DNA of 64,000 bases from positions 338,115-402,114 of the forward strand of contig JANBVK010000001.1 of the NCBI GenBank assembly GCA_024239035.1, read 5' to 3'. The position numbers were made by a program, and so were the translations under genes. The stretch is from Patescibacteria group bacterium. GTDB lineage: Bacteria > Patescibacteriota > Minisyncoccia > UBA6257 > GWB1-50-10. The notes beneath the pieces are model-generated. The model did not search any database. It saw only the letters and a list, made by a program, of their open reading frames with translations, and had not been told where the DNA came from. Positions 40,552 to 49,694 of the stretch are shown one piece after another (position 1 is the first letter of the stretch; each line of letters starts with the position of its first letter).

Positions 40552-43500
40552 TTATTTCAGTTTTCGGAGCGCGAGCCAAATTGGCCACGTATTAAGTTTT
40601 GTTTCCAGTTCAATATCAAATTTACTCGATCGCTTAAACTCTATTGTCTTCGCATTAACTTCCTTTTTCACTAATTTCTCATTTGTCTCAACAACGTGGT
40701 GTAACTCCTGCGGCAGCTCAACCATCAAAACAACCTTGTCTTTTGGCTCAAACCCCGCATCCTGCCGCAGACCCTGAACTAAACGAACAAATTCCCGAAG
40801 CCAGCCTTCTTCTTTCAGCTCGTGAGTAAGAGTAGTATCCAGTTTAACTTCTTCTTCTAAATTTTTATCGAAGATGACGTTTTTAATATTAACTTCGTCT
40901 TTAATAATTTCGTAAATACCAAAACTTTTAGAAAACTCTATTGAAGTACTTACTTTCGAAAGAGGTTGACGAACCTTAATGCCTTCTTCGGCTCTTTTAG
41001 CTAAAATAATACTTGAAAGGCGACGGGCGTCTTCCATCTCTTTTAATAATTTTTTATTAATCATCTTTTTATTTGCCTTTGGCCAATCCTCCAAGTGAAC
41101 CGACAATTTACGATTCGCGGCCAGTGATTTATAGAGCGCTTCTGCAAAAAACGGCACAAAAGGCGCAAGAAGCTTACTGACCTCCAAAAGTACGTATCCG
41201 AGTGTCTCTGATGCTGCTCGATAATCTTGTTGGCTCTCCGGTCTTTGAAATCTTCTTCTGGACCGCCGAATATACCACCTAGAGAGATCGTTTACCAAGA
41301 CCTCTATCGCCCGGGCAGCACTTCCCACTTCATACCGTTCTAAGTCCCCGGTCACTTCCAGAATAGTCTCATTAAGCCGGGATAAAACCCAAACATCGAG
41401 TACGTTGGTTGTTTTTGGCGCGCCATCGGGCGACCTCTTATCTGTATATGTATTAAAGAAAACAAAAGAATTATAAGTTAGTGAAATAAATTGCCGCAAC
41501 ACCTTAGCTAAATCCCTCTCATCAAAACGTTTAGGTTCGCTTGGGGAATTTACTGTGTAAAAATACCAACGAATAGCATCGGCACCGTACTTTGAAATCT
41601 CTATCCACGGATCGACAACATTCCCTTTTGATTTTGACATTTTCTGGCCACGCTTATCCAAAACTAATCCATGAGAAATCACGTTCTTGTACGATGTGCC
41701 ACGCCCCAAAAGAACCGAGACCGCTAAGAGCGTGTAAAACCATCCACGAGTTTGATCTAATCCTTCAACAATGTAATCAGCCGGGAAATCAATCCGCCCG
41801 CTGGCAGACTTTTCAAAAGGATAATGCGCTTGCGCAAACGGCATCGCTCCCGAATCAAACCAGGCATCTATCACTTCTTTAACCCGTTCCATATTTCCCT
41901 TACATTGAGTACTAGGACAAGAAAAACGGACCTCATCTATGTAGGGTCTATGAAGATCTAATTCACCAATCTCGTTGCGAGGGATATTCCTGAAATGCAC
42001 CGGATAAGCTTTACTCTTTTCAGGATAAAAGCCTTCCGGTAAACCTTTTTTTGCGCTCATTTCACTTTCTCTGACCAAACCAGTCATCAAAGAGTACATC
42101 ATCCATAAAGGATCGCCGTGACTTACAATAACAATGGTCTTATTTTTATATTTCTTCTCTGTAAACTTTATAAAATCAAAAATTCTCGCACTCAAATCGT
42201 TCAATGACTCGCCATTGGGAGCTGGCCGCGTAAAGCGCTCGTGGGGATAATTAAAATAACGATGATATTCCTCTATACTTTTATCGTTAAAATCACCGAC
42301 ATCTAACTCTCTCAAACGGACATCATAGACAACCTTAAGGTCGGTTTTGTGAGCAATTATCCCAGCTGTTTCTTTGGTACGAAGTAAATCCGAAGAGAAA
42401 ATCAAATCAATCTTTTTCTTTTTCAACTCCCGGCCAAGCCTACGCGCTTGATCTTCACCGATAGTAGTAAGAGGATATTTCTTCTTCTCCGGCCAACAAC
42501 TATTGATGCCTTCTAAATTATTTTTAGCTTCTGCGTGCCGCACAAAAATGTACTGATTTGTGCTCTCCCCCCAAAGTTTTTCAAGTCTTTCAATACTTCC
42601 TACCACCTCCGTCTTACCGCATTTCTTACACTCCCAGATAGGTAAAGGCGTGCCCCAGTAACGCTCTCGGGAAAAAGCCCAATCCTTCGCCTCTCTCAAC
42701 CATTCGCCAAATCGGCCTTCTTTAATGTGTTTAGGTATCCAGTTAATCTTTTTATTGGCGGCCAGAAGCTTGGGCCGTAGCTTACTCATTGCGATAAACC
42801 ACGAATCGCGGGCGTAGTAAATAAGAGCCGTGTCACAACGCCAGCAAAATGGGTAGTCGTGAGTGTATTGCTCGGTTTTTAGCTTATAGCTTTTAGCTTC
42901 TAGGTGGTGTAAAATTTTCTCTTCGGTTTTTTTATCCTTGACGTATAGACCGGATAAACCTGGAACTTCTTTAGTAAATTTTCCGTTCTCGTCAACTGTG
43001 TGATACTGGGGTAATCCCACTTTTTTCCCGAGATTATAATCATCCTCTCCGTACATCACTGCCGTATGCACCACACCGGTTCCTTCAGCCGTCGTCACAA
43101 ATTCAGCTGGATAGACTTTATAAGAATTTTTATGTTTTAGCGGCTTTACGTTAAAAAGCGGTTCGTATTCCCAACCAACAAGATCTTTCCCGTTGAAGGT
43201 TTCTTCTTCATTCCCTTTATAGGAATCTTCATCAAGAATAGAGAGCCGATCCTCCGCAAGAATAAGAATTTCCCCGTTTTTCATGCGCACTCTCTTGTAG
43301 AGAATATCTTTACCGACTGCAAGCGCCACGTTGCCAGGTAGAGTCCAGGGAGTTGTTGTCCAAGCGAGAATGTATACTTTTCCTGACTTTATTTGCGGAT
43401 CAGATCCCCTACGAACGCGGAACTTCACATATACCGAGCTGTCAGTAGTCTCTTTATAGCCCTGAGCGAGCTCATGAGAAGAAAGAGCCGTTCCGCAGCG

Positions 43501-44046
43501 GGGACACCACGGTAACACTTTGTGCCCCTTATAAAGCAGTTTTTTCTTTGAAATCTGTGAGATTATCCACCAGAGCGTCTCAATATATTTTGACTCGTAA
43601 GTAATATAGGGATTCTCCATGTCCAGCCAGAAACCGATGCGTTCGGTGAGCTTCTCCCATTCGTCTTTGTATTTCCATACCGATTCTTTGCACTTTCGGT
43701 TAAACTTGGCAATGCCGAATTTTTCAATTTCCTGCTTTGATTTAAGACCCAATTCCTTCTCAACTTCTATTTCAACCGGCAAACCATGCGTGTCCCATCC
43801 GCCGCGCCGAGGCACAAAAAAACCGGACATCGTTTTGTAACGAAGGATAATATCCTTAAACGAGCGGGCTAAAACGTGGTGAATCCCCGGCCGGCCATTC
43901 GCTGTGGGAGGCCCTTCGTAAAATACGAATTTCTTACTCTTCACTCTCTGCGCAACTGCTTTATCAAAAATTCTGTTAGTTTTCCAGAATTCCAAAACTT
44001 TCTCTTCTATTTCGGGTAGTGAAAACTTTTTGAGCTGTTGAAGCAT
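40552..44046 (-). CDS. ileS: Isoleucyl-tRNA synthetase (type 2-like) with inserted histidine-phosphatase domain
   Basis: GPPTANG..HH, WTTTPWTLP, GTGVVH, EGLDQTRGWF, KMSKS; internal RHAE...SHG domain. Confidence 0.93.
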   Translation of the reverse strand: MLQQLKKFSLPEIEEKVLEFWKTNRIFDKAVAQRVKSKKFVFYEGPPTANGRPGIHHVLARSFKDIILRYKTMSGFFVPRRGGWDTHGLPVEIEVEKELGLKSKQEIEKFGIAKFNRKCKESVWKYKDEWEKLTERIGFWLDMENPYITYESKYIETLWWIISQISKKKLLYKGHKVLPWCPRCGTALSSHELAQGYKETTDSSVYVKFRVRRGSDPQIKSGKVYILAWTTTPWTLPGNVALAVGKDILYKRVRMKNGEILILAEDRLSILDEDSYKGNEEETFNGKDLVGWEYEPLFNVKPLKHKNSYKVYPAEFVTTAEGTGVVHTAVMYGEDDYNLGKKVGLPQYHTVDENGKFTKEVPGLSGLYVKDKKTEEKILHHLEAKSYKLKTEQYTHDYPFCWRCDTALIYYARDSWFIAMSKLRPKLLAANKKINWIPKHIKEGRFGEWLREAKDWAFSRERYWGTPLPIWECKKCGKTEVVGSIERLEKLWGESTNQYIFVRHAEAKNNLEGINSCWPEKKKYPLTTIGEDQARRLGRELKKKKIDLIFSSDLLRTKETAGIIAHKTDLKVVYDVRLRELDVGDFNDKSIEEYHRYFNYPHERFTRPAPNGESLNDLSARIFDFIKFTEKKYKNKTIVIVSHGDPLWMMYSLMTGLVRESEMSAKKGLPEGFYPEKSKAYPVHFRNIPRNEIGELDLHRPYIDEVRFSCPSTQCKGNMERVKEVIDAWFDSGAMPFAQAHYPFEKSASGRIDFPADYIVEGLDQTRGWFYTLLAVSVLLGRGTSYKNVISHGLVLDKRGQKMSKSKGNVVDPWIEISKYGADAIRWYFYTVNSPSEPKRFDERDLAKVLRQFISLTYNSFVFFNTYTDKRSPDGAPKTTNVLDVWVLSRLNETILEVTGDLERYEVGSAARAIEVLVNDLSRWYIRRSRRRFQRPESQQDYRAASETLGYVLLEVSKLLAPFVPFFAEALYKSLAANRKLSVHLEDWPKANKKMINKKLLKEMEDARRLSSIILAKRAEEGIKVRQPLSKVSTSIEFSKSFGIYEIIKDEVNIKNVIFDKNLEEEVKLDTTLTHELKEEGWLREFVRLVQGLRQDAGFEPKDKVVLMVELPQELHHVVETNEKLVKKEVNAKTIEFKRSSKFDIELETKLNTWPIWLALRKLK

Positions 44047-44107
44047 AATCTTAATTCTATAAATTATCTTGCTAAAATTAAACCTGACCCTTGGTCTCTC
44101 TATTTCT

Positions 44108-45811
44108 TTACATCTGTTTAGGAGCAGAAATTCCTAAGAGAGAAAGGCCGCTTGTAAAAGTTATAGAAAGAGCGCGCGCAAGAGCAACTCGAAACGCTTT
44201 CTTTCCCGTACTTTCTTCCTGCATAACCGGATGTGAATGATAAAACTCATTAGCTTTCTGCGAAAGATTGTGCAAATAGAAAGCTAAAGTATTCGGTGTC
44301 CGTTTCTCAAGCGCTGATTCTATAACTTCCGGAAACCTCAAGAGAGCGACAAGCAATAATCTTTCGGTATCATCTAACGTCTCGCCCTCAGACATTTTGT
44401 TCGGTGTCTTTCCAATCTTTCGTAGAATGCTTAAAAAACGTGCATTAGTGTACTGGATATACGGACCAGTATCACCCTCAAAGGATAATGCTTCCTCACG
44501 GTTAAAGATTATATTTGATTTCCGATGATGAGATAAATCAAAGTATTTCAAGGCTCCAATACCCACTTCTTTTGCAACTTCATCTGCGTTCTCTAAATCA
44601 GGATTCTTCTCCTGAATCACTTCTCTAGCCCGAGCAACCACGTCATCTAGCACGCTCTGAAGAGAAATAACCGAGCCTTTACGAGTACTCATTGCCCCTT
44701 CAGACAAAGACATGAAACCGAACTCAATATGCTCACTCTCGTTGACGCCTTTAAGACCTAAAAGTTCGGAAACTTTAAACAACTGTTTGAAATGATGCAA
44801 TTGCCGCACGTCCACCACGTAGAGATTTTTCCAAAAATCCAGCTCTCTTTGCCAATATTTGAGAGTAGCAAGGTCACGAAGCAGATACGTCGAGGCTCCA
44901 TCAGATTTAGTAAGCACGGCTTCATCTAAGCCGTAATCTAAAAGATCTACCACAACCGCTCCATCGTCCGTCTTTTTAGCTACTTTTTTTCGTAAGGACA
45001 GTTCTACAATTTCGGGCATCAAATCCTCATACGCGCTTTCGCTTCTATGCTTTTCGAAAGGCAGAAGATTTAGTTGGCTTATAATCTCCCGGAATTTTTC
45101 CATTGACACATCCACCATCCACTGCCAGATTTCTCTGTTTTCTTTATCACCTCGTTCTAATTTTGCAAATTCTTCTTTCGCCTTCTTGCGGCGTTCAGGA
45201 TCGTCTTCAATAAGGCGGGTTTCATCAATATAAAGCTGATTTAATTTTTCAACCGGGTTCTGCTTTACTTCGTCTTTTTCCTGCTCGCTCAATGACTTAT
45301 AACCGTAGATTAAAATACCAAATTGTGTTCCCCAGTCACCAATATGGGTATCTGATACAACCGTATACCCCTCGGTAATAAACATTCGCTTCAGAGCGTC
45401 ACCTATCACCGCTGAACGCAGGTGACCCACATGAGGAATTTTTGCAACGTTCGGTTGAAAATATTCCACCCGTACCGTTTTTCCACGCCCTATATCGCTT
45501 TTTCCCCACTGACTAGTTTTCTTAAGTAGATGATTTAGGTTAGAAAGAAGTGCTTTGTCGTGAATCCAAAAATTAATAAAGCCTGGGGGCACCACTTCAA
45601 TTTTCTTGAAAAATTCCTCAGGCGCTTTTTGCCTCAGATGAGAAATAATATCCTCGGCAACGCTCACGGGGGTTTTCCCCAAGTGCTCCGCCAGCTGAAA
45701 AGCGACGTTTGTCGAATAATGGCCGAATGTTTCCTTTTCGGGAACAGTTACGTTAATCTCAGTATTTCTAGGGACAACTTTCTTAAGATAAGTAATAATT
45801 TTATCTCGCAT
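44108..45811 (-). CDS. argS: Arginyl-tRNA synthetase
   Basis: PNVAKIPHVGHLRS, GDWGTQFG, MSTRKG, GDTGPYIQY. Confidence 0.95.
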   Translation of the reverse strand: MRDKIITYLKKVVPRNTEINVTVPEKETFGHYSTNVAFQLAEHLGKTPVSVAEDIISHLRQKAPEEFFKKIEVVPPGFINFWIHDKALLSNLNHLLKKTSQWGKSDIGRGKTVRVEYFQPNVAKIPHVGHLRSAVIGDALKRMFITEGYTVVSDTHIGDWGTQFGILIYGYKSLSEQEKDEVKQNPVEKLNQLYIDETRLIEDDPERRKKAKEEFAKLERGDKENREIWQWMVDVSMEKFREIISQLNLLPFEKHRSESAYEDLMPEIVELSLRKKVAKKTDDGAVVVDLLDYGLDEAVLTKSDGASTYLLRDLATLKYWQRELDFWKNLYVVDVRQLHHFKQLFKVSELLGLKGVNESEHIEFGFMSLSEGAMSTRKGSVISLQSVLDDVVARAREVIQEKNPDLENADEVAKEVGIGALKYFDLSHHRKSNIIFNREEALSFEGDTGPYIQYTNARFLSILRKIGKTPNKMSEGETLDDTERLLLVALLRFPEVIESALEKRTPNTLAFYLHNLSQKANEFYHSHPVMQEESTGKKAFRVALARALSITFTSGLSLLGISAPKQM

Positions 45812-45868
45812 ATTATAATTGTAACCTAAGAAGGTGTTTTCGGGTAAATAAGGGATTAGAATTAATAT

Positions 45869-46306
45869 ATGAGTACATTAGCCATAAATAAACGAGCAAC
45901 GTTTGATTATGAGACTCTAGAAAAGTTCACTGCGGGCATTGAGCTTACCGGGCATGAAACAAAGTCTATGAAGCTCGGCCACCCAAACATTGTGGGCGCA
46001 CATGCAATTATACGAGATAACGAGGTTTTTTCGGTTAATATAGATATTCCTTCTTTCCAACCCTTAAATGCTCCGAGTAACTACGATCCCCTGCGCACTA
46101 GAAAATTACTCCTGAGGCGCAGTGAGATAAAGTATCTCGCCGGTAAATTGCTGAGCGGCTTGACGCTCGTACCCTTGAAACTCTATACTGACCACGGATT
46201 AGTAAAGGTAGAAATTGCGCTGGCACGCGGCCGCAAAAAACACGACAAACGCGAGCTCATTAAAAAACGAGAAAGCGATAGAGAGATAAGAAAGTTCAAA
46301 AAGTGA
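45869..46306 (+). CDS. smpB: SsrA-binding protein
   Basis: NKRATFDY, AGIELTGHETKS, RTRKLLL, GRKKHDKRE. Confidence 0.95.
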   Translation: MSTLAINKRATFDYETLEKFTAGIELTGHETKSMKLGHPNIVGAHAIIRDNEVFSVNIDIPSFQPLNAPSNYDPLRTRKLLLRRSEIKYLAGKLLSGLTLVPLKLYTDHGLVKVEIALARGRKKHDKRELIKKRESDREIRKFKK

Positions 46307-46308
46307 TA

Positions 46309-46619
46309 GGGGATGTTAGGCTTTGACAGAATACATTCTGGTAAATTGCAGGTCGAGCTGATTGACTCGTAAATCCGATCAAACTAATTTAACTGCTAAT
46401 AAAAACGCAGCTCCAGCTCTAGCATACGCTTAAGCTGGTATCGGTCCTTGATATCTAATATAGGTTAACCGGTATAATACATTAGATTCGCTTCTGGCAA
46501 AACGGTCCGATAGTCAGAAGTTAAATTATAGGATCACTTCTGTTTTCGTAAGAAAACTAAGCTTGTAGATTATCTACTCAGAAATATTTTGGACACCGGT
46601 TCAACTCCGGTCATCTCCA
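46309..46619 (+). ncRNA. ssrA: tmRNA, tag peptide ANKNAAPALAYA*
   Basis: 5' GGGGATG pairs with 3' CATCTCC(A); T-arm ccggttcaactccgg; tag ORF at 46395-46433; directly follows smpB. Confidence 0.93.
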
Positions 46620-46824
46620 CAAACAAAAAATACTCCGCCTTGTGCGGGGTATTTTTTGTTTTCTGGAATGGTCACGGAGTTGAACAAGCGGAGGGGGTCG
46701 GGGAACCACGATTGGTTCCCCGTGTTGGAATGAGTCCGCCATCTGGCGGACGGATTCAAAACCGAGGGTTTTGAAAGAGCTCCGACGTAAAGTTGGAGCG
46801 ATGTGAAACTCCTCATCTCCACAA
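46620..46824 (+). repeat. tRNA-linked non-coding element, copy at tmRNA
   Basis: Hairpin, cggagttgaac inverted T-arm, core GGGGGTCGGGGAA..TTCCCCGTGTTGGAAT..TCAAAACCGAGGGTTTTGA, direct repeat tcatctccacaa (46813-46824). Confidence 0.88.
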
Positions 46825-46885
46825 CTTGACGAATCGTTGTAGATGTGCTAGTCTATGATTAGCTCAAATCCAACATGGAGGAAAG

Positions 46886-47212
46886 ATGAAGAAACGAATC
46901 ATCTCCCCGCTACTGGCTACGTTTGCGGTCATCGCCCTTGTCGGATGCGACCCGGCTGCGCAACCACCTGATGAGAACACTCCCACGGACACTTCCTTGG
47001 AAAGCGTGATGGACTACGGCAACGGCGTCTACTACTTCCCACAGGACGGTTCGAGATTCGGCAACGCACTATCCGAATTCATCGCCGATCATCCTGATTT
47101 GGAACTCGTCGCCTTCGCCGATAACGGGAAGGGAGCCTTTGGACTCAGCATCGGGCACTTCATCGTGTTTCGAAATCGGGTCGATACCCCGCCAGACTCG
47201 ACCTCCAACTGA
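46886..47212 (+). CDS. Orphan lipoprotein
   Basis: Lipobox LVGC; GGAGG SD; TTGACG promoter; terminator at about 47229-47260. Confidence 0.75.
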   Translation: MKKRIISPLLATFAVIALVGCDPAAQPPDENTPTDTSLESVMDYGNGVYYFPQDGSRFGNALSEFIADHPDLELVAFADNGKGAFGLSIGHFIVFRNRVDTPPDSTSN

Positions 47213-47300
47213 ACAAACAAGAACAAAGTTCGAGACGGTCTCACCAGAGATCGTCTCTTTCTTTTATCCAACCTACTCAACTACCACTATGTGATATATA

Positions 47301-47450
47301 TCATCTCTCTGAAGTTTCGATAACTTCTAGTCTCTTTCCCAATGTTTTCATACCGCTCAATAACTCATACGTTTCAAATATATAGCTTTCTAACTGGTTC
47401 TCCTTCAACTGCGCTCAGGACAGGCAAGTTTTTTGCGCTATCTCCACCAG
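47301..47450 (-). pseudogene. Short coding remnant reading out of a tmRNA 3'-end copy, possibly a displaced recombinase C-terminus
   Basis: Reads LVEIAQKT[W]NQLESYIFETYELL.. once a 24-nt REP-like insert is removed; atctccac matches the tmRNA 3' end. Confidence 0.35.
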
Positions 47451-47532
47451 AAAGAATTTCACACACCATTGACAAATCCTATTTAATAGTTTACAATCAA
47501 GCACAGATCGACTCTTGAAAAGGAGCGAAAAA

Positions 47533-47820
47533 ATGAGTGGACCAGCAAATCCGGAAACGAAAGAGGTTCACGGCCACACTTTTGAGTTTGTCAGCGAAGG
47601 CAAACCAGAAGTAGGCCTCCATCCTCACTGGAGAAGCATCGGCGCCAACTCCGTGTTCATTTTCCCTCCACATGGACAGAGAGAATCCTGGACTATCTGG
47701 TCCCCGTATCCCAATCTATGTGTTCATTCAACAGGAGAAGATGCTGAAGAAAAATCTTTCTCTATGGTTGGAACAATCATAGAGACTCTAACTGCCCGGC
47801 AACACGCCGTATCGGTCTAA
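47533..47820 (+). CDS. Orphan hypothetical protein
   Basis: TTGACA-N17-TACAAT promoter, AGGAG SD before ATG 47533, terminator at about 47842-47870. Confidence 0.6.
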   Translation: MSGPANPETKEVHGHTFEFVSEGKPEVGLHPHWRSIGANSVFIFPPHGQRESWTIWSPYPNLCVHSTGEDAEEKSFSMVGTIIETLTARQHAVSV

Positions 47821-47938
47821 TGGAGATCTAAATTCTACCAACGGGCCCCGTTCTCTATAGAACGGGGCTCTTGATGTTTTAATACGTCTAAGCTCAACTG
47901 GCCACTTGCGCTTCTCAGAACACTTGTAGTATCCTACT

Positions 47939-48445
47939 ATTACCATTCGTTACAGAATCAACAACCAAATAACCGCAAAAGAGGTCAGGGTCATCGATGA
48001 TACTGGTCAGAGCCTAGGTGTTTTAAAACAGGAAGATGCTCTGCGTCTGGCCCAAGAGAAAAACCTTGACTTAATTGAGGTCGCTCCAAGAGCCAACCCA
48101 CCCGTTGCAAGAATAATAAGCTTTGATAAGTTCCGCTACCAAAAGGAAAAAGAAGAAAAAAAACAGCGTCAAGCCCAGAAAGTCAAAGAACTAAAACGAG
48201 TTAGGATAACTCCTAGAGCAGCTCTAAATGACCTTCAAATCAAGGCCAGGAGAGCAGACAAGTTTTTAGAGGGTGGTCATAAGGTAGAAATTAATCTGTT
48301 CCTTAGGGGTCGAGAAAAGAGAAATAAGACCTGGAGCCTGCAAAAACTGGATGAATTCTTACATATGATTAAGACCCCCTATAAAATAACTATGGAGGCA
48401 AAACGCGGTGGGAGAGGTTTTATCACGCAGATTGCAAAAAAATAA
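47939..48445 (+). CDS. infC: Translation initiation factor IF-3 with ATT start (absent from the ORF track)
   Basis: Manual translation RINNQITAKEVRVID..LDLIEVAP.A.PPVARI..FLRGRE; first gene of infC-rpmI-rplT. Confidence 0.92.
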   Translation: MTIRYRINNQITAKEVRVIDDTGQSLGVLKQEDALRLAQEKNLDLIEVAPRANPPVARIISFDKFRYQKEKEEKKQRQAQKVKELKRVRITPRAALNDLQIKARRADKFLEGGHKVEINLFLRGREKRNKTWSLQKLDEFLHMIKTPYKITMEAKRGGRGFITQIAKK

Positions 48446-48618
48446 TGGCGAAAAACAGCATCTCAGACAGAATTAAAATTACCAAAAAAGGGAAGGTGAT
48501 ACGTCGGGCAATGGCACTCGGCCACTCGCGCAGCAACAAGCGCAGCGTTCAGATACAAAGAAAAAAAAGGAAACGAAGTCTAGGCATCCCGAGAAAGATA
48601 ATAAAAAAGTACTTATAA
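48445..48618 (+). CDS. rpmI: 50S ribosomal protein L35
   Basis: 57 aa basic ORF MAKNSISDRIKITKKGKVIRR..GH; lies between infC and rplT. Confidence 0.85.
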   Translation: MAKNSISDRIKITKKGKVIRRAMALGHSRSNKRSVQIQRKKRKRSLGIPRKIIKKYL

Positions 48619-48966
48619 ATGACACGAGTCAAACGAGGAACAACAGCCCACAAGAAAAGAGAAAAACTACTCAGCCACACTAAAGGATTCCGCTGGGGTA
48701 GGAAATCAAAAGAACGCGCTGCGAAGGAAGCGCTCCTTCATGCTTGGAGCCGCGCATTCAAAGGACGTAAAGAGAAAAAACGCGTCTTCCGCAGGTTATG
48801 GAATGTACGGATAGATGCTGCAGTTAGAGCGGAAGGATTGAAATACAGCATATTTATAAATGCGCTCAAAAAGAAAAACATCAAGCTTGATCGCAAAATT
48901 CTGGCTGATCTCGCCAGAAACGAACCTCAAACTTTTAAAAAGATTGTTGAATTCATCAAAACTTAA
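48619..48966 (+). CDS. rplT: 50S ribosomal protein L20
   Basis: [24 protein letters not shown]. Confidence 0.96.
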   Translation: MTRVKRGTTAHKKREKLLSHTKGFRWGRKSKERAAKEALLHAWSRAFKGRKEKKRVFRRLWNVRIDAAVRAEGLKYSIFINALKKKNIKLDRKILADLARNEPQTFKKIVEFIKT

Positions 48967-49258
48967 AACCGAACTTGTTCAAATTAACTCCTCCGCGCCG
49001 TATCTCAATACCCTCTTCCTCCAACATCTTTATTTTTGCTTTTACTCCTTTAGCATAACCGCCTACTAATCCATCTGACCGCACTACCCGATGACAAGGA
49101 ACTCTCTTACTACTGTAAGGATTTCTATTCAACGCGTTCCCAACCGCCCGAGCCGCTCTCGGTCTACCAATAGCACGTGCAACTTCCCGGTATGTAGCAA
49201 CCCTACCTCGGGGTATATTTCTAATGATGAGGTGTACTTTTTCGCTGAATAGCCGCAT
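48956..49258 (-). CDS. O6-alkylguanine alkyltransferase (MGMT domain only)
   Basis: IPRG.VATY, ARAVG, PCHRVV active site. Confidence 0.9.
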   Translation of the reverse strand: MRLFSEKVHLIIRNIPRGRVATYREVARAIGRPRAARAVGNALNRNPYSSKRVPCHRVVRSDGLVGGYAKGVKAKIKMLEEEGIEIRRGGVNLNKFGFKF

Positions 49259-49694
49259 ATACTTTCCTTAAATTATTTTTCAGGTTCTGATACATAAGCA
49301 TTCTCAAGGCGTCTCGGTAGAGAAACCACCCGAACCCATTATGCTCGCGTGGAGAAATTTTTACTTGTGAAGTTCTTGTTTCGGCAAGGTAATAAATAAC
49401 CGTTTTGAAAACTTTCTTTTTATTTCTAGTGTATGTAAATCGGTCATAGGCCTTAAACCACTTATTAAAGCTGAGATCACGACTACCCAAGCCCGTTTCT
49501 TCCCGTACTTCTCTTAATGCAGTCTTGAATGCCGTCTCTTTACGTCCGGGTGACGCACCGTTTTCAAAATCAGAGTCTGATTCTATTTTCCCTTTTGGGA
49601 AATTCCAGTACTTACCGCCGTGATAAAGCAGCAAAAACTTCGGTCCCTCTTTTGTCTTCCTATAAATAATAATACCCGCTGAAACTTCCTTCAT
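49221..49694 (-). CDS. NUDIX hydrolase (Ap4A hydrolase-like)
   Basis: SAGII, WNFPKG, ALREVREETG. Confidence 0.85.
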   Translation of the reverse strand: MKEVSAGIIIYRKTKEGPKFLLLYHGGKYWNFPKGKIESDSDFENGASPGRKETAFKTALREVREETGLGSRDLSFNKWFKAYDRFTYTRNKKKVFKTVIYYLAETRTSQVKISPREHNGFGWFLYRDALRMLMYQNLKNNLRKVYAAIQRKSTPHH

